Assembly (NCBI GenBank): GCA_965603825.1
Contig: CBFDEM010000018.1
Span: 496,001-560,000, forward strand
DNA length: 64,000 bases
Direction: 5' to 3'
Source of the DNA: Blepharisma stoltei ATCC 30299
Taxonomy: Eukaryota > Protista > Ciliophora
In this document: positions 1 to 10,536 of the stretch, one piece after another
Layout: every line of letters begins with the position of its first letter
Position numbering within the stretch: the first letter of the stretch is position 1
Made by a program: the position numbers and the translations under genes
Notes under the pieces: model-generated
Told to the model about the DNA's origin: nothing
The model's database searches: none
What the model saw: only the letters and a program-made list of their open reading frames with translations

Positions 1-1068
1 GCAACCATTGGTATTCGCTATTCACTAGTAAGAGAGCAATTCCCAGACCCAGAAAATCCTAAAGCTGAGCGAAAATTAATCGACTATCAAATCCAAAGAT
101 ATAAGCTATTCACAGTCTTATCAAGACTCTATGCGACCGTATTTGTGAGGTCGTCAATTACTGAGCTTTATAATGAATCTGAAAGAAGAATGGTAACTTT
201 TGACGGCTCTTTACTAGGAGAACTACATGCTTTATCGTCACTTTATAAAGGATATATCACAGCAATAACATTAGAAAATATTGAAACATGTAGGAGATGC
301 TGTGGAGGACATGGATACTCCATGTATTCAGGCCTCCCAAGCTTATACGCTACCTATTTGCCGTCAGTCACTTATGATGGTGACAATAGTATACTAACCC
401 TTCAAGCAGTCAGATATATGGTAAATACCATTAAAAAAATCAATAAAGGTCAGCCTGTCCCTGATAAATATTCATTTTTAGCTAAACCTATCCCCAATCT
501 TTCAGGAACCCAAAACCCAGCCTGTCCTAATTTCCACCAAGCTTGTTTCCAGGCCATTTCTCATTACACGCTACATAAGCTCGCCAAAAAAGAAGCCGAC
601 TATCTCAAAATTGGTGCGAAAAAAGAAAAAGTTTGGTCAGATTATTTACAAGTAGAAGGGATAGAAGCTGCAGAAACCTTTTTCTATGTCTCGTCCCATG
701 AAGACTTTATTAAAGGACTGTCATTAATTACTGATCAAAACACTAGACAAGCTGTTGAGTATTTGCGTCAAATCTATGCTATAAGTGAGATGGAGAAATA
801 TAATGGACTTCTTTTAAACCTAGGAGCCTCTGTAGAAACAATTGAAAATATGAAGCAGACTTTATTAGAAGCTCTGGATAAAGCAAGAAATAACGCGATT
901 GGACTTATAGAAGCTTTTGATGAGCCGGATGAAATTTTAAATTCGGTTCTTGGGAGAAGGGATGGGAATGTTTATCAATCTATGCTGAATGCAGCAAAAT
1001 ATTTGAACCCTATTAATAAGACTAGTGTCTACCCAGGGATTCAGCAGTATTTAAGGCCTAAAATTTAG
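1..1068 (+). CDS. ACOX: Peroxisomal acyl-CoA oxidase, 5'-truncated by window edge
   Basis: Frame open from base 1 (ATIGIRYSLVREQF...LIDYQIQRYKLF); CRRCCGGHGYS and TYDGDNSILTLQ motifs; C-terminal PKI resembles PTS1. Confidence 0.92.
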   Translation, partial: ATIGIRYSLVREQFPDPENPKAERKLIDYQIQRYKLFTVLSRLYATVFVRSSITELYNESERRMVTFDGSLLGELHALSSLYKGYITAITLENIETCRRCCGGHGYSMYSGLPSLYATYLPSVTYDGDNSILTLQAVRYMVNTIKKINKGQPVPDKYSFLAKPIPNLSGTQNPACPNFHQACFQAISHYTLHKLAKKEADYLKIGAKKEKVWSDYLQVEGIEAAETFFYVSSHEDFIKGLSLITDQNTRQAVEYLRQIYAISEMEKYNGLLLNLGASVETIENMKQTLLEALDKARNNAIGLIEAFDEPDEILNSVLGRRDGNVYQSMLNAAKYLNPINKTSVYPGIQQYLRPKI

Positions 1069-1069
1069 A

Positions 1070-2053
1070 TTATTTAGAACTTTTCTTAATTTTAAGATTT
1101 TTTGAATTAACCATCATCAATTGAAGCATTTTTTCTAAAGCTTCACATTCATTTGTGATCCTTTCTTTATAAAATCCGTAAATTCCGATATACGTTATGC
1201 ACTGTTCAAATTCGAGATAGGAAATTCTATCAGCAACTGTGTCAACACTCATAACAAGTCTAAAAATTCGAGCTGTTTCTAGATTTGTGACTAGTCCAGG
1301 AATGAATTTTACATCTATTCCAAGCTGGACCATATTAGCAAGTTTTATCATTTTTGGAGAAATTAGTTCTTGTGTGGAATATCTTATGAACAAAAATTGT
1401 AATAATTTTCGATTTTTTCGTAAAATTTCTTCAATTTCAACTGACTCAAAAGCTTGCTTCCAGTTAGAAAAATTTATGTCAATATAATCCAGTCTATGCC
1501 CAGGTATCGTTATATTACTCAATAAAGCTTCTAAATTACTTTGTATGCTTTTTCCTTGAACATTTAGCTCTGATATCTCTACCATCAAGTTTATAAACTT
1601 AAACAAATCGACTTTTCCTTTGAGGCACACCTGATGAAATATTAAATTTGCTTTTTTTATAGTAAAATGCTTTGATAATAAGTTAAGCTCGGTAACCAAA
1701 ATTCTGAACTGTGTAATGGTTATACAATTTTGGCTTCAGTCTGAAAAGCTGGAATATTTCAAAAAAATTTCCTTTAAAATTTCTAATTATTTCATACTGA
1801 AATTCTGAAAACCAATTCTAAGGACTATTCTGTCGACTTCTGGGTCAGGGGTTGCTAGATTTCCTGCACATGTGTTTGCCCGTGATCCCATCGTTAGTGT
1901 GGTTTGGCGAGAATCAGGCCTTGAAAGGTTTCCTGACTGAGTCCTTTGTAATGTGGTTCTTTCTAGGTCTACTCTTAAGTCATTCAGCCCGTTTAGTTCA
2001 TTTTTCAGCTTATTCAGCTCTTCTGCTTGTTTTGCTAAATAAGGAGTTTGCAT
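1070..2053 (-). CDS. Hypothetical protein, possibly two p25-alpha/EF-hand-like helical domains; one 15-nt intron (1783-1797) and one UGA-Trp
   Basis: ORFs 1787-2053 and 1070-1699 join in frame after removing GTATGAAATAATTAG and reading one TGA as W. Confidence 0.75.
1783..1797 (-). other. 15-nt spliceosomal intron
   Basis: GTATGAAATAATTAG; contains the in-frame TAA; removal restores the ORF. Confidence 0.85.
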
Positions 2054-2075
2054 ATTATCTAAAGTAATTAACTTA

Positions 2076-3482
2076 TTAAGTTCTTTTAAGCATCATTTCA
2101 GTGAATTCTCTGAAGTCAATGACTCCATCTCCATTTAAATCAACCTCGTTTATAATTTCCTGCCACAGTTCTTCTCTATATGCATGATGCTTGCCTAGCA
2201 CCCCTTTAAGCTCATCAGCTGTGATAGTCCCATTCCCATCCAAATCGAAAGCTCTAAAAGCTGCTTCTAATTTTTCTCTGCAAAGAAGCCTGGTTTTATT
2301 CAAAGTCGCTGCTATGAACTCGTTATAATCAATTTCGCCTGATTTGTCTATGTCTACTTGTGACATAATTCTGGAAACTTCGCCATCTATATCTTCGAAC
2401 TGGTTGCTGTATAAGATTCTGAAACCTTCTATAAGCTCATCTCGGGAAAGGGTTCCGCTGTTATCTGAATCTAAGGATTTAAATAATGTTAGCATTTCCT
2501 CCTGCTCTTGCTTTGTGGACAGCTGGCTTGCCATAAAGGAAAAAGTCGCTTTTTGTAGTGCTCGCTCAGCTCGGAAAGTTTGCAAATTAGTGAAAATGCT
2601 GCGGGCTGTAGCTGGGTTTATCGGAGTTCTGCTTGCATTGTGCATCCATGGGTGGTTTAGCGCTTCTCTTGCAGAAATCCTTCTTTGTGGCTCAAAGGTA
2701 AGCATTTTCGATATCAAATCTTTGGCCTCAAAGCTGATGTTATCCCACTCAGGGCTTGGGTAGCTATATCTCCCTGCTGCAACCCTTCTGAGAATTTGCT
2801 CATCAGTATTTCCTCCAAATGGAGGATATCCAGCTAAGAAAATATACATATTCACCCCAGCGCTCCAAATATCGCACCTCTCATCATATGATTTTTTCAA
2901 TACTTCAGGCGCTATATAATAAGGAGTCCCAAACTTTTGAGTTAGCTGGACCCCTGGCGTAAAAAATTGGGCAGTCCCGAAATCAATGACCTTTAAATTT
3001 GCGTCCGGTTCTGGGGTGTCCAATAAGAAGTTTTCTGGTTTCAGATCTCGGTGGACTATATTCCTCTCGTGGCAGTATGCAAGTACAGATAGAATTTGCC
3101 TCATATACTCTGCTGCAACCGCTTCTGAAAATGAGCCGTTGTTGATGATTCTGTCGAATAGTTCACCTCCGTTGCATAATTCAGTAATTAAATAGTAATT
3201 CTTTTCATCTTGGTAAAATTCATAGAGTTTCAACACATTTGGATGATCCAACGCTCGCAGGACAGAAACTTCATTGAAAAAAGTCTGTCTCTCTTCTTCG
3301 GTGCGAAGAGTCTTTTTGTGGATGGTTTTCACAGCACGAGCTTCCCCAGTAACTCTATGAGTGATTTTTCTGACACTCCCAAACGCTCCATCGCCTAGTT
3401 TTGAGCCAATTCTATATGTATCTCTCAGCTTCCCTGTCCTTTCGACTACAAAGTCACCATGTGTTACACGGATAGACTCCAT
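2076..3482 (-). CDS. Calcium-dependent protein kinase (kinase + 4 EF hands)
   Basis: GDGAFG, HRDLKPEN, DFG, GTPYYIAPE; four EF loops (DSDNSG, DIDKSG, DLDGNG, DLNGDG). Confidence 0.96.
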   Translation of the reverse strand: MESIRVTHGDFVVERTGKLRDTYRIGSKLGDGAFGSVRKITHRVTGEARAVKTIHKKTLRTEEERQTFFNEVSVLRALDHPNVLKLYEFYQDEKNYYLITELCNGGELFDRIINNGSFSEAVAAEYMRQILSVLAYCHERNIVHRDLKPENFLLDTPEPDANLKVIDFGTAQFFTPGVQLTQKFGTPYYIAPEVLKKSYDERCDIWSAGVNMYIFLAGYPPFGGNTDEQILRRVAAGRYSYPSPEWDNISFEAKDLISKMLTFEPQRRISAREALNHPWMHNASRTPINPATARSIFTNLQTFRAERALQKATFSFMASQLSTKQEQEEMLTLFKSLDSDNSGTLSRDELIEGFRILYSNQFEDIDGEVSRIMSQVDIDKSGEIDYNEFIAATLNKTRLLCREKLEAAFRAFDLDGNGTITADELKGVLGKHHAYREELWQEIINEVDLNGDGVIDFREFTEMMLKRT

Positions 3483-3870
3483 TAATGTTATTGATTTTTT
3501 TTTGATTTTTGCTAAAGGGAGATAAAGGGTAAAAAATACAGTAAATATTAGCCTAAGTACTACAACCTAACATTTTTTTTGGATTTTTAAATTTTCCGAA
3601 CCTGTTTATTGACTCTTCATTGAAAATTATCAAGCAACAGGCAAGCGGCAACATAAGGATTTTTTTAACCTTACTAATATGACAATATTTTATACTGACC
3701 CAGCTCATGAAAATATAGCCTAAGAGCTATAAGCCATCCTTGGTGATAGGGCAATCTTTTATATTATTTAAGGAGAAGACAATTTTCAAAATTAATTATT
3801 TAATTAGATTTTAATCTTAGAAAGAATAATGCGTTTAATTCGCGATAAAAGCTAATATTATTATTAGATT

Positions 3871-5960
3871 TTAATCAACTTCATCCATATTTGAATTAGT
3901 CGTTTCTTCCAAAGGTGGCAGCTCTTCTACTGGCTCCATGTCTACATCTTCAATGCTCAGCCCAAGTTTTATCATTCTATGTATTCTATTGGCAAAAACA
4001 TTAGGCTCGTCTAAGCTAAACCCAGAAGTCAGCAGAGAAGTTTCAAAGAGCAGCCAAATCAGGTCTTTTACAGTCTTATCTGACTTATCTTGATCGCTTT
4101 TTTCTTTTAGCTTGACTATTATTGAATGATTTGGGTTGATTTCCATTGTTTTCTTAGATTGCATATACATTGAAGTTGTCGGGTCTCTAAGGGCTTGTGC
4201 TTTCATGATTCTCTCCATATTGGCAGTCCACCCATATTCCCCAGTAACCAGTACACAGGGTGAGTCCGAAATTCTTGACCCTACGACTACTTTTTCCACC
4301 TTATTCCCTAGTACATCTTTAATTAGCTTGCAAAGTCCTTCAAACTTTGCTTTGGCTTCCTCAAATTTTTTCTTTTCTTCTTCCCCTTCCTCAAGCTCCA
4401 GACTTCTTTTGTGCAGTTTTTAAGTTTTTTCCCGTCAAACTCCTTCAGCTGCTGTACTGCATATTCATCTATAGGGTCGACCATATAAAGAATTTCATAG
4501 CCTTTTTTCTTCAGCGCTTCTGTAAATGGTGAATTTGCGACAGCTTGTCTGCTTTCTCCAGTAATATAATATATATCTTTCTGACTTTCCTTCATTCTTG
4601 CTATATACTCTTTTAGCGAAACCATTTCATCTGCACTTTTTGACGTGTAAAACCTCAATAATTCGGCTAGTTTTTGTCTATTTGTGGAGTCTTCGTGGAT
4701 ACCAAGCTTCAGGTTCTTGGAAAACTGCTCGTAAAATTTCTTATAGTCTTCGTCATTATTCGCAATTTCACTGAAAAGCTCAAGGCATTTTTTGACTAGG
4801 GTTTTTTTGATGACTGATAAAATCTTATGCTGCTGGAGGTTTTCTCTGGAAATTGTGAGAGGGAGGTCGTCACTGTCAACGACACCTTTTATAAAATTGA
4901 GGTATTCAGGGATAAGCTCAGAGCAGTCGTCCATTATAAAGACACGCCGGACATAAAGCTTGATATTGTTAAGTTTTTTGCGGGTCTCGAATAAATCAAA
5001 TGGAGCACGCTTAGGGACGAAGAGGAGCGCTTTAAATTCAAGCTGACCTTCGACTGAAAAATGCTTGACGGCAAGATGCTCTTCCCAGTCATTTGTAAGT
5101 GATTTATAAAAAGCGGCGTATTCTTCTTTAGTGATTGACTCAGGTTTTCGCATCCATATTGGCTTGTTTTTATTTACCTGCTCAAATTCATGGGAAACTT
5201 CTTTGATTTTTTTCTTTTTTTTCTTTTTCTTCTCTTGCTCCTCTGTGATTTCTTCAATTTTTTCGTCTTTTTCTTCTTTTTCCTCTTCGTCTTCACTTTC
5301 AGAAACCTCTTTTTCCTTAGTTTTTTCTACATAAAGTTCAATAGGAAATCCAATAAACTGGGAGTGTTTTTTGATTAGGTCTTTCAGCTTTCTTTCTTCT
5401 AAGTATTCAAGCTGGTCTTCTTTTAACTGTAAAATAATCTTGGTCCCTCTTGTCAATTTTTCGACAGCTGGGTCTTCATCAGCCATAACAGTAAAAGTCC
5501 CGCCAGCGGTAGATTCCCATATATATTGTTTATCATCATTATGCTTACTAATGACAGTCACTTTATCAGCCACCAAGAAAGCTGAATAGAAGCCTACCCC
5601 AAACTGCCCAATCATGCTTATATCAGCGCCTGAGGACAGCGCTTCCATAAATGCTTTAGTTCCTGACTTTGCGATAGTCCCCAGATTTTTGACCATTTCT
5701 TCTTTAGTCATCCCAATTCCAGTATCTACAATTGCCAGTGTTTTATTGATTTTGTCAGGAATAATTTTGATACCTAAAGCTTGCTCTAAGTCCAATACAG
5801 AGTGATCTGTCAAAGATAAAAATCGAATTTTATCAAGGGCGTCTGAAGCGTTAGATATAAGCTCACGTAAGAAGACTTCTTTATTCGAATAGAACGTATT
5901 GATTATGAGCGACATAAGCTGCTGGATATCAGCGTTGAATGCATAAGTCTCAGTTGACAT
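3871..5960 (-). CDS. HSP90: Cytosolic Hsp90, with an apparent 1-nt deletion at ~4403
   Basis: [48 protein letters not shown]-terminal MDEVD; frame break where GAA GT CTG GAG should read EGLE. Confidence 0.96.
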
Positions 5961-6005
5961 TTTATTATTATAAAAATCAAAAGGGACTGAGAATTTATGG
6001 GGTAA

Positions 6006-6020
6006 GGAAAATTCTAGAAT
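6006..6020. promoter_or_regulatory. Canonical heat-shock element upstream of Hsp90
   Basis: gGAAaaTTCtaGAAt matches nGAAnnTTCnnGAAn perfectly, ~45 nt upstream of the Hsp90 ATG. Confidence 0.75.
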
Positions 6021-6250
6021 TGGGGCTTTGTATGGAAGGAGGGAAAGAGAGTAGGAATGATGACGATAGAGAGGAAGGGAAAAGGGAATGGAGGTGCAAG
6101 GAGAGGGCAAGAGGAGAAGTTGGAGGAAAAAAGGAAGTGTATCTTTGGAAAGAAAAGGGTGGATGAGATGGAGTGTTTATGAAAAGAAGAAGGAAGAAGG
6201 AGTTAGGTTTACAAAAAAGATAAAAGAAGTGAAAGAGAGTTATAAATTAG
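6021..6250 (+). repeat. Purine-rich (G/A) low-complexity tract between Hsp90 and PMM
   Basis: ~230 nt dominated by GGA/GAA/AGG with very few C on the + strand, unlike the surrounding AT-rich intergenic DNA. Confidence 0.7.
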
Positions 6251-6456
6251 AGTTCAGCATGAGGAGCACTTTTATTTATTGAAAATTAAGATACATAATA
6301 ATTTTGAAAACATCATTTTTTATCTATATTTTTAGCATAATTGTATCTATACATTTCTTTTTTGTCTAGTTTAGTTCAACCCACATTCTTCTCTCAGTAT
6401 CTTAATCTCTCCACAATTTTATAAAATCCATATTATACTTAAACACGTATACAAAA

Positions 6457-7188
6457 ATGGAAACCTCAATCCTCCTCTTTGATGTAGATGGCACTCTCAC
6501 CCCTTCAAGACGCCCAATTACCCCTGAAATGAAAGAATTTATGAAGGAAGTCTGTTCAAGAGTCCACGTCGGATTTGTAGGTGGGTCAGATCTCCCTAAA
6601 ATTCATGAACAGCTTGGCGATGAATTATTTGCTCTTGCTGAATATGTTTTCGCAGAAAACGGCTGCGTAGCTATTAGAAAAGGCCAAGTTTTTTCAGAAG
6701 AATCAATTTCAGAAAAAATTGGGGAAGATAATATAAAACAGCTTATAAATTTCTGTTTGAGATATATAGCAGATATTGATATTCCTATCAAAAGAGGCAC
6801 ATTCATTGAATACAGAAAAGGAATGCTAAATGTATCACCTATTGGGAGAAACTGCAGCTTAGCTGAAAGAGACGAGTTTTGGAAAGTTGATAGTGAAGGC
6901 AAAGTCAGAGAAAAGTTCGTGGAAGCTTTAAGAAAAAATTTCAGTCATATGGGGCTACAGTTTTCAATAGGCGGACAAATAAGTATTGATATCTTCCCTC
7001 GAGGATGGGACAAAACAAATTGCTTAAAGTTTTTAGAACACTATCAGACTGTTCACTTTTTCGGTGACAGAACTATGCCTGGCGGAAACGACTATGAAAT
7101 TTTTGCAAGCGAAAGGACCATAGGGCACACCGTCACAGGACCTGAAGATACCAAAAATCAGCTTAAAGAGCTTCTAGGGATTCAATAA
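6457..7188 (+). CDS. PMM: Phosphomannomutase (HAD IIB)
   Basis: LFDVDGTLT, VGGSDL, RGTFIEYRKGMLNVSPIGR, GGQISIDIFPRGWDKT, FFGDRTMPGGNDYE. Confidence 0.97.
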   Translation: METSILLFDVDGTLTPSRRPITPEMKEFMKEVCSRVHVGFVGGSDLPKIHEQLGDELFALAEYVFAENGCVAIRKGQVFSEESISEKIGEDNIKQLINFCLRYIADIDIPIKRGTFIEYRKGMLNVSPIGRNCSLAERDEFWKVDSEGKVREKFVEALRKNFSHMGLQFSIGGQISIDIFPRGWDKTNCLKFLEHYQTVHFFGDRTMPGGNDYEIFASERTIGHTVTGPEDTKNQLKELLGIQ

Positions 7189-7253
7189 AAAGTAATAATA
7201 ATTTACTAATCAGCTCCATTTTAATTGCAAACCTCATTTAACACATAGAAATC

Positions 7254-7685
7254 TTACTGTAGCTTTATCAAATCTTCATAAATAGCTTGCTTCTGTGGAA
7301 ATGAGTACAAGTTCATAGGAAAATGGAATCCCATCACAGGATGGATATTTGTCCTCCCATGTCCGGGTATCCACGACCTTGTCCGGACCATCTCGCTTCT
7401 ATCCATCAGCTTTTCCGTCAAATTATTCTGTTGGAGCTTCCTATTTCAGTGGGCCTTGAAAAATTTGATACAGGTAAAACAAAGCAAAAAATCGAAAATT
7501 AAAAAGGCTGTGACCCCCACTATCATATGCCAAAGCTGTATATCGTTGTCGTACATAAAGTCCACTACCATGTCAGGTGTTTCGGTAGCGCTATTGGGAT
7601 TTCTGGCTGTGTTGGTGTTTTCTGAAGCTGAGATGATAAATAGAGAAAAGAAAATAGCCACTTGAAGGGATTGCAAAGATTGCAT
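7254..7685 (-). CDS. Small single-pass membrane protein (signal peptide + TM), one UGA-Trp
   Basis: ORF continues through TGA at 7446 to TAA at 7254; hydrophobic N-terminus and a second hydrophobic helix. Confidence 0.65.
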
Positions 7686-7902
7686 TAGACCAGACAAAGA
7701 TAGGGCTCTTATTGTGAATATGGATGAATAAAATTATTTCAGTGGGAAATTTTGGATCGAAATTTCGATTGGAAATATGGTTTAAAAATGCATGGGAGGT
7801 ATCAGAATTTTTTAATGAGTGATTGAATAAAATGAAGAATATTGGCTTTTACATGGTAAATGGGCTAAAAAAATATGATTTAGATTTAAAAGAATTATAT
7901 AT

Positions 7903-8952
7903 TTAGGCTGTATGGACTTTTTTTCGTTTTACAATGAAATAAGCCCCAACAGCAACAAGAACCATCAAAAGGATTGTAGGGATACCAAAATAAAGTCCGA
8001 GTTCTCTTTTTAGAGTCTGTTCAACGTTTTCCACTCGTCTTTTAATTTCTGTTTTTACCCTATCTTTAGCTTCATCTACTATATAGCTTGCATTTGGCTG
8101 TGGTACTTTATCTCTTAAATCTTTTATTGTTGGCTCTATTTTTTCACTATAAATTTTTTTTCCCCCTTCAATAACAGGATCCATTGTTTCTTTTATTTTC
8201 CCACCCGCATCTTCTGCAAAGTCTTTGTAAATTTTTTTACCCCCTTCAATAACGGGCTCCACTGTTTCTTTTATTTTCTCACTCGCATCTTCAGCAAAAT
8301 CTTTGACTTTTTCAGTAAATCCTTTAGCTTTTTCATTAATATCTTTATTACTTGGTAGCTGCTGCTTTACTTTTTCAAACCCAGCTTTCACTTCATTTTG
8401 TATTCCCTCCATAAGTTGTTCTGTCTTTGGTATTATTTCTTCTTCATAAAATCCTTTTAAGCACTCTTCATCGCCTTTGCATTTTTCTCGTATGCATTCA
8501 TCACATTCGATATTTTCCTTTCTGCAAGCCTCACATAGGCTTTCTGTGAAATTTGGCTTTACAAATTTTTTAACATTTTCGTAGACGTTTCCAGCGAACT
8601 CTTTTGAGCTTTCGACGAAGGATTTAGATTTTTCTTTGGTTTGGTCCCAGGTTTTGCCTAATTTTTCTTCGGCTTGCATTACTAGTGGCTCCACATTTTC
8701 TTTGTAGCCATTTTTAATTTTCTTTTCTGACTCTTGATATATTTTTTCTGCTTGGGTCTGTATGCCTTCTTTTCTTTCACATATGGTGTTATCATTGCAG
8801 ACTTCTTTATAGCATTCTGCGTCCGTTCCACATTCTGCTATCTTTGCTTTGCATGCTTGGCAGAGCAGTTCCGGTGTTGTTTCTATTACTTCGTCTTCTA
8901 AAAGTGCATTTAATGGTATCAGAAAAATTAGAAGCAGTATCTTTAATTTCAT
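7903..8952 (-). CDS. Type I membrane protein with two 6-Cys modules each followed by LEA/apolipoprotein-like amphipathic repeats
   Basis: Signal peptide MKLKILLLIFLIPLNA; LCQACKAKIAEC and LCEACRKENIEC modules; C-terminal TM followed by KRKK. Confidence 0.75.
   Translation of the reverse strand: MKLKILLLIFLIPLNALLEDEVIETTPELLCQACKAKIAECGTDAECYKEVCNDNTICERKEGIQTQAEKIYQESEKKIKNGYKENVEPLVMQAEEKLGKTWDQTKEKSKSFVESSKEFAGNVYENVKKFVKPNFTESLCEACRKENIECDECIREKCKGDEECLKGFYEEEIIPKTEQLMEGIQNEVKAGFEKVKQQLPSNKDINEKAKGFTEKVKDFAEDASEKIKETVEPVIEGGKKIYKDFAEDAGGKIKETMDPVIEGGKKIYSEKIEPTIKDLRDKVPQPNASYIVDEAKDRVKTEIKRRVENVEQTLKRELGLYFGIPTILLMVLVAVGAYFIVKRKKVHTA
8149..8304 (-). repeat. 78-nt intragenic tandem duplication (26 aa x2)
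   Basis: KDFAEDASEKIKETVEPVIEGGKKIY / KDFAEDAGGKIKETMDPVIEGGKKIY. Confidence 0.85.
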
Positions 8953-9478
8953 TAATTTATATTGAAAATACACCATTAATTTAATGTCAAAAGCAAAATA
9001 TTGTTTATATCACTTTTTGAATAAAAAGCTAATAGCTTCGTCAAAAACGCAAAAATCTTAAAATTTGGTTTTGAGAAAATATGGAGCATAAAGTAAGTTC
9101 AAATTTTAATTAATTAAAGAATTAGCATTCGTCTCCCCATCCTAAAATTGAAAAAATTACCTATATCATGGATCGAGCGATTTAATATAGTAAAGTATGA
9201 AACCCATTCCTCTACCCTTTCAAATCTAACTACACATTTTTTTAAGTAACGAATCTTTGAAATTATTATCTAAAAGATCTAATACAAAATTTTCAAAGTT
9301 ATCAATTTTTGTTAGTTTCTTACAAAAAACTAATATAGTGATATAAAACGTATATATTTGTAATGATTTGTTTTCTTTTTGCCAAAAAAAATCATTAATT
9401 ATTCAAGGAAAAATTTAATTTACTGTTTTAATTTACTATTTTAATTTAATCTATTTAAAATAAGCTTCATATTTATCC

Positions 9479-10102
9479 TTATTTTTTGAACCCAAAGAGC
9501 TTATCTGAGTAGCCAGTCATATCAATCAGCACCCTGTCATTATGCCCTGTGATAAATCGGTTCAGCATGTTCATGTAGCCTTTATTGATGTTCCATGGCT
9601 CCCACACTCTTGCAAAGTGAAGTACACTGATTGCAGCTATAAAAAGTCCATCAATGATATGAGGAATTTTCGGTAAGTATCCATTAGCTACCAAGTGCTT
9701 GACTACTGCATCTCCAGCTCTGACTAATATATAAAGCGCGTATAGTACTCTTGATTCCCTTTCCTCAAACAACAATGGGATCCCTGATGCGAAACCTGCA
9801 AGGAAGCTGCTGATTTTTTCGTTCCCAGTTTTTTTCCTCAAAAAGCACAAAACTGCTCTATAAAGCCCAATCATCCCTGAGAGAAATCCCACCATTCTAA
9901 GGTTATTTTTCTTGAAAATGTTGAGGATGTACAGAGGGTCTTTGAAAATTTTCTTTTTCAGCAGCATCGTCAATAGGGTCAAAAACGATCGAACAATCAG
10001 CCCAATGATTGCACCTCGAGCAAAGCCAAATAATGTGTGTTTCCAACAAGGCAATTCGTGCTTGCACAATTGCTGACTTGGATTCGACCCTGTTGGTTCC
10101 AT
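9479..10102 (-). CDS. TMEM135/PXMP4-like (Tim17-fold) peroxisomal-type membrane protein
   Basis: N-terminal CKH..C motif; GLYRAVLCFLRK, SFLAGFASG, ALYILVR helices. Confidence 0.7.
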   Translation of the reverse strand: MEPTGSNPSQQLCKHELPCWKHTLFGFARGAIIGLIVRSFLTLLTMLLKKKIFKDPLYILNIFKKNNLRMVGFLSGMIGLYRAVLCFLRKKTGNEKISSFLAGFASGIPLLFEERESRVLYALYILVRAGDAVVKHLVANGYLPKIPHIIDGLFIAAISVLHFARVWEPWNINKGYMNMLNRFITGHNDRVLIDMTGYSDKLFGFKK

Positions 10103-10536
10103 ATTATATTAATTATCCAAATATTTTTAATAGCTGTAAAATTTTAGATGATGATACCATAGCCTCATATCATTTAAAAGAAAATTCTAAGCTAGCGCTT
10201 ACGCTTTTAACTCTTTGGGTCCATAATCATATATAATTAGATTTAAAGAAGCAATAAAGTGACAAATGGATATGCACAATTAATATTAAAATAATGATAT
10301 AATGTGACCAATAATTTTGCCTATAAAATAATAAATCTCTTAATTATTATCTGATAAAATATACTTAGAATAGATGAATTTTATAAATTATTTTAGGAAT
10401 AGTTATAGGCGCTAAGAATATATTTCAGTAAAACACTTGCGCTATCAAAATTTGCATCTCTTCAAAAATCAAAATAAATTTTATTTATATGCAGAGTGGC
10501 AAGCAATACCTTTTATTATGTAAATAACTTATTAAT

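Noticed and set aside
5961-6282. N-terminal extension of the Hsp90 ORF (to 6110) and ORFs 5939-6166, 6088-6282
   Set aside because: By-products of the stop-poor purine tract; the conserved Hsp90 start is the ATG at 5960
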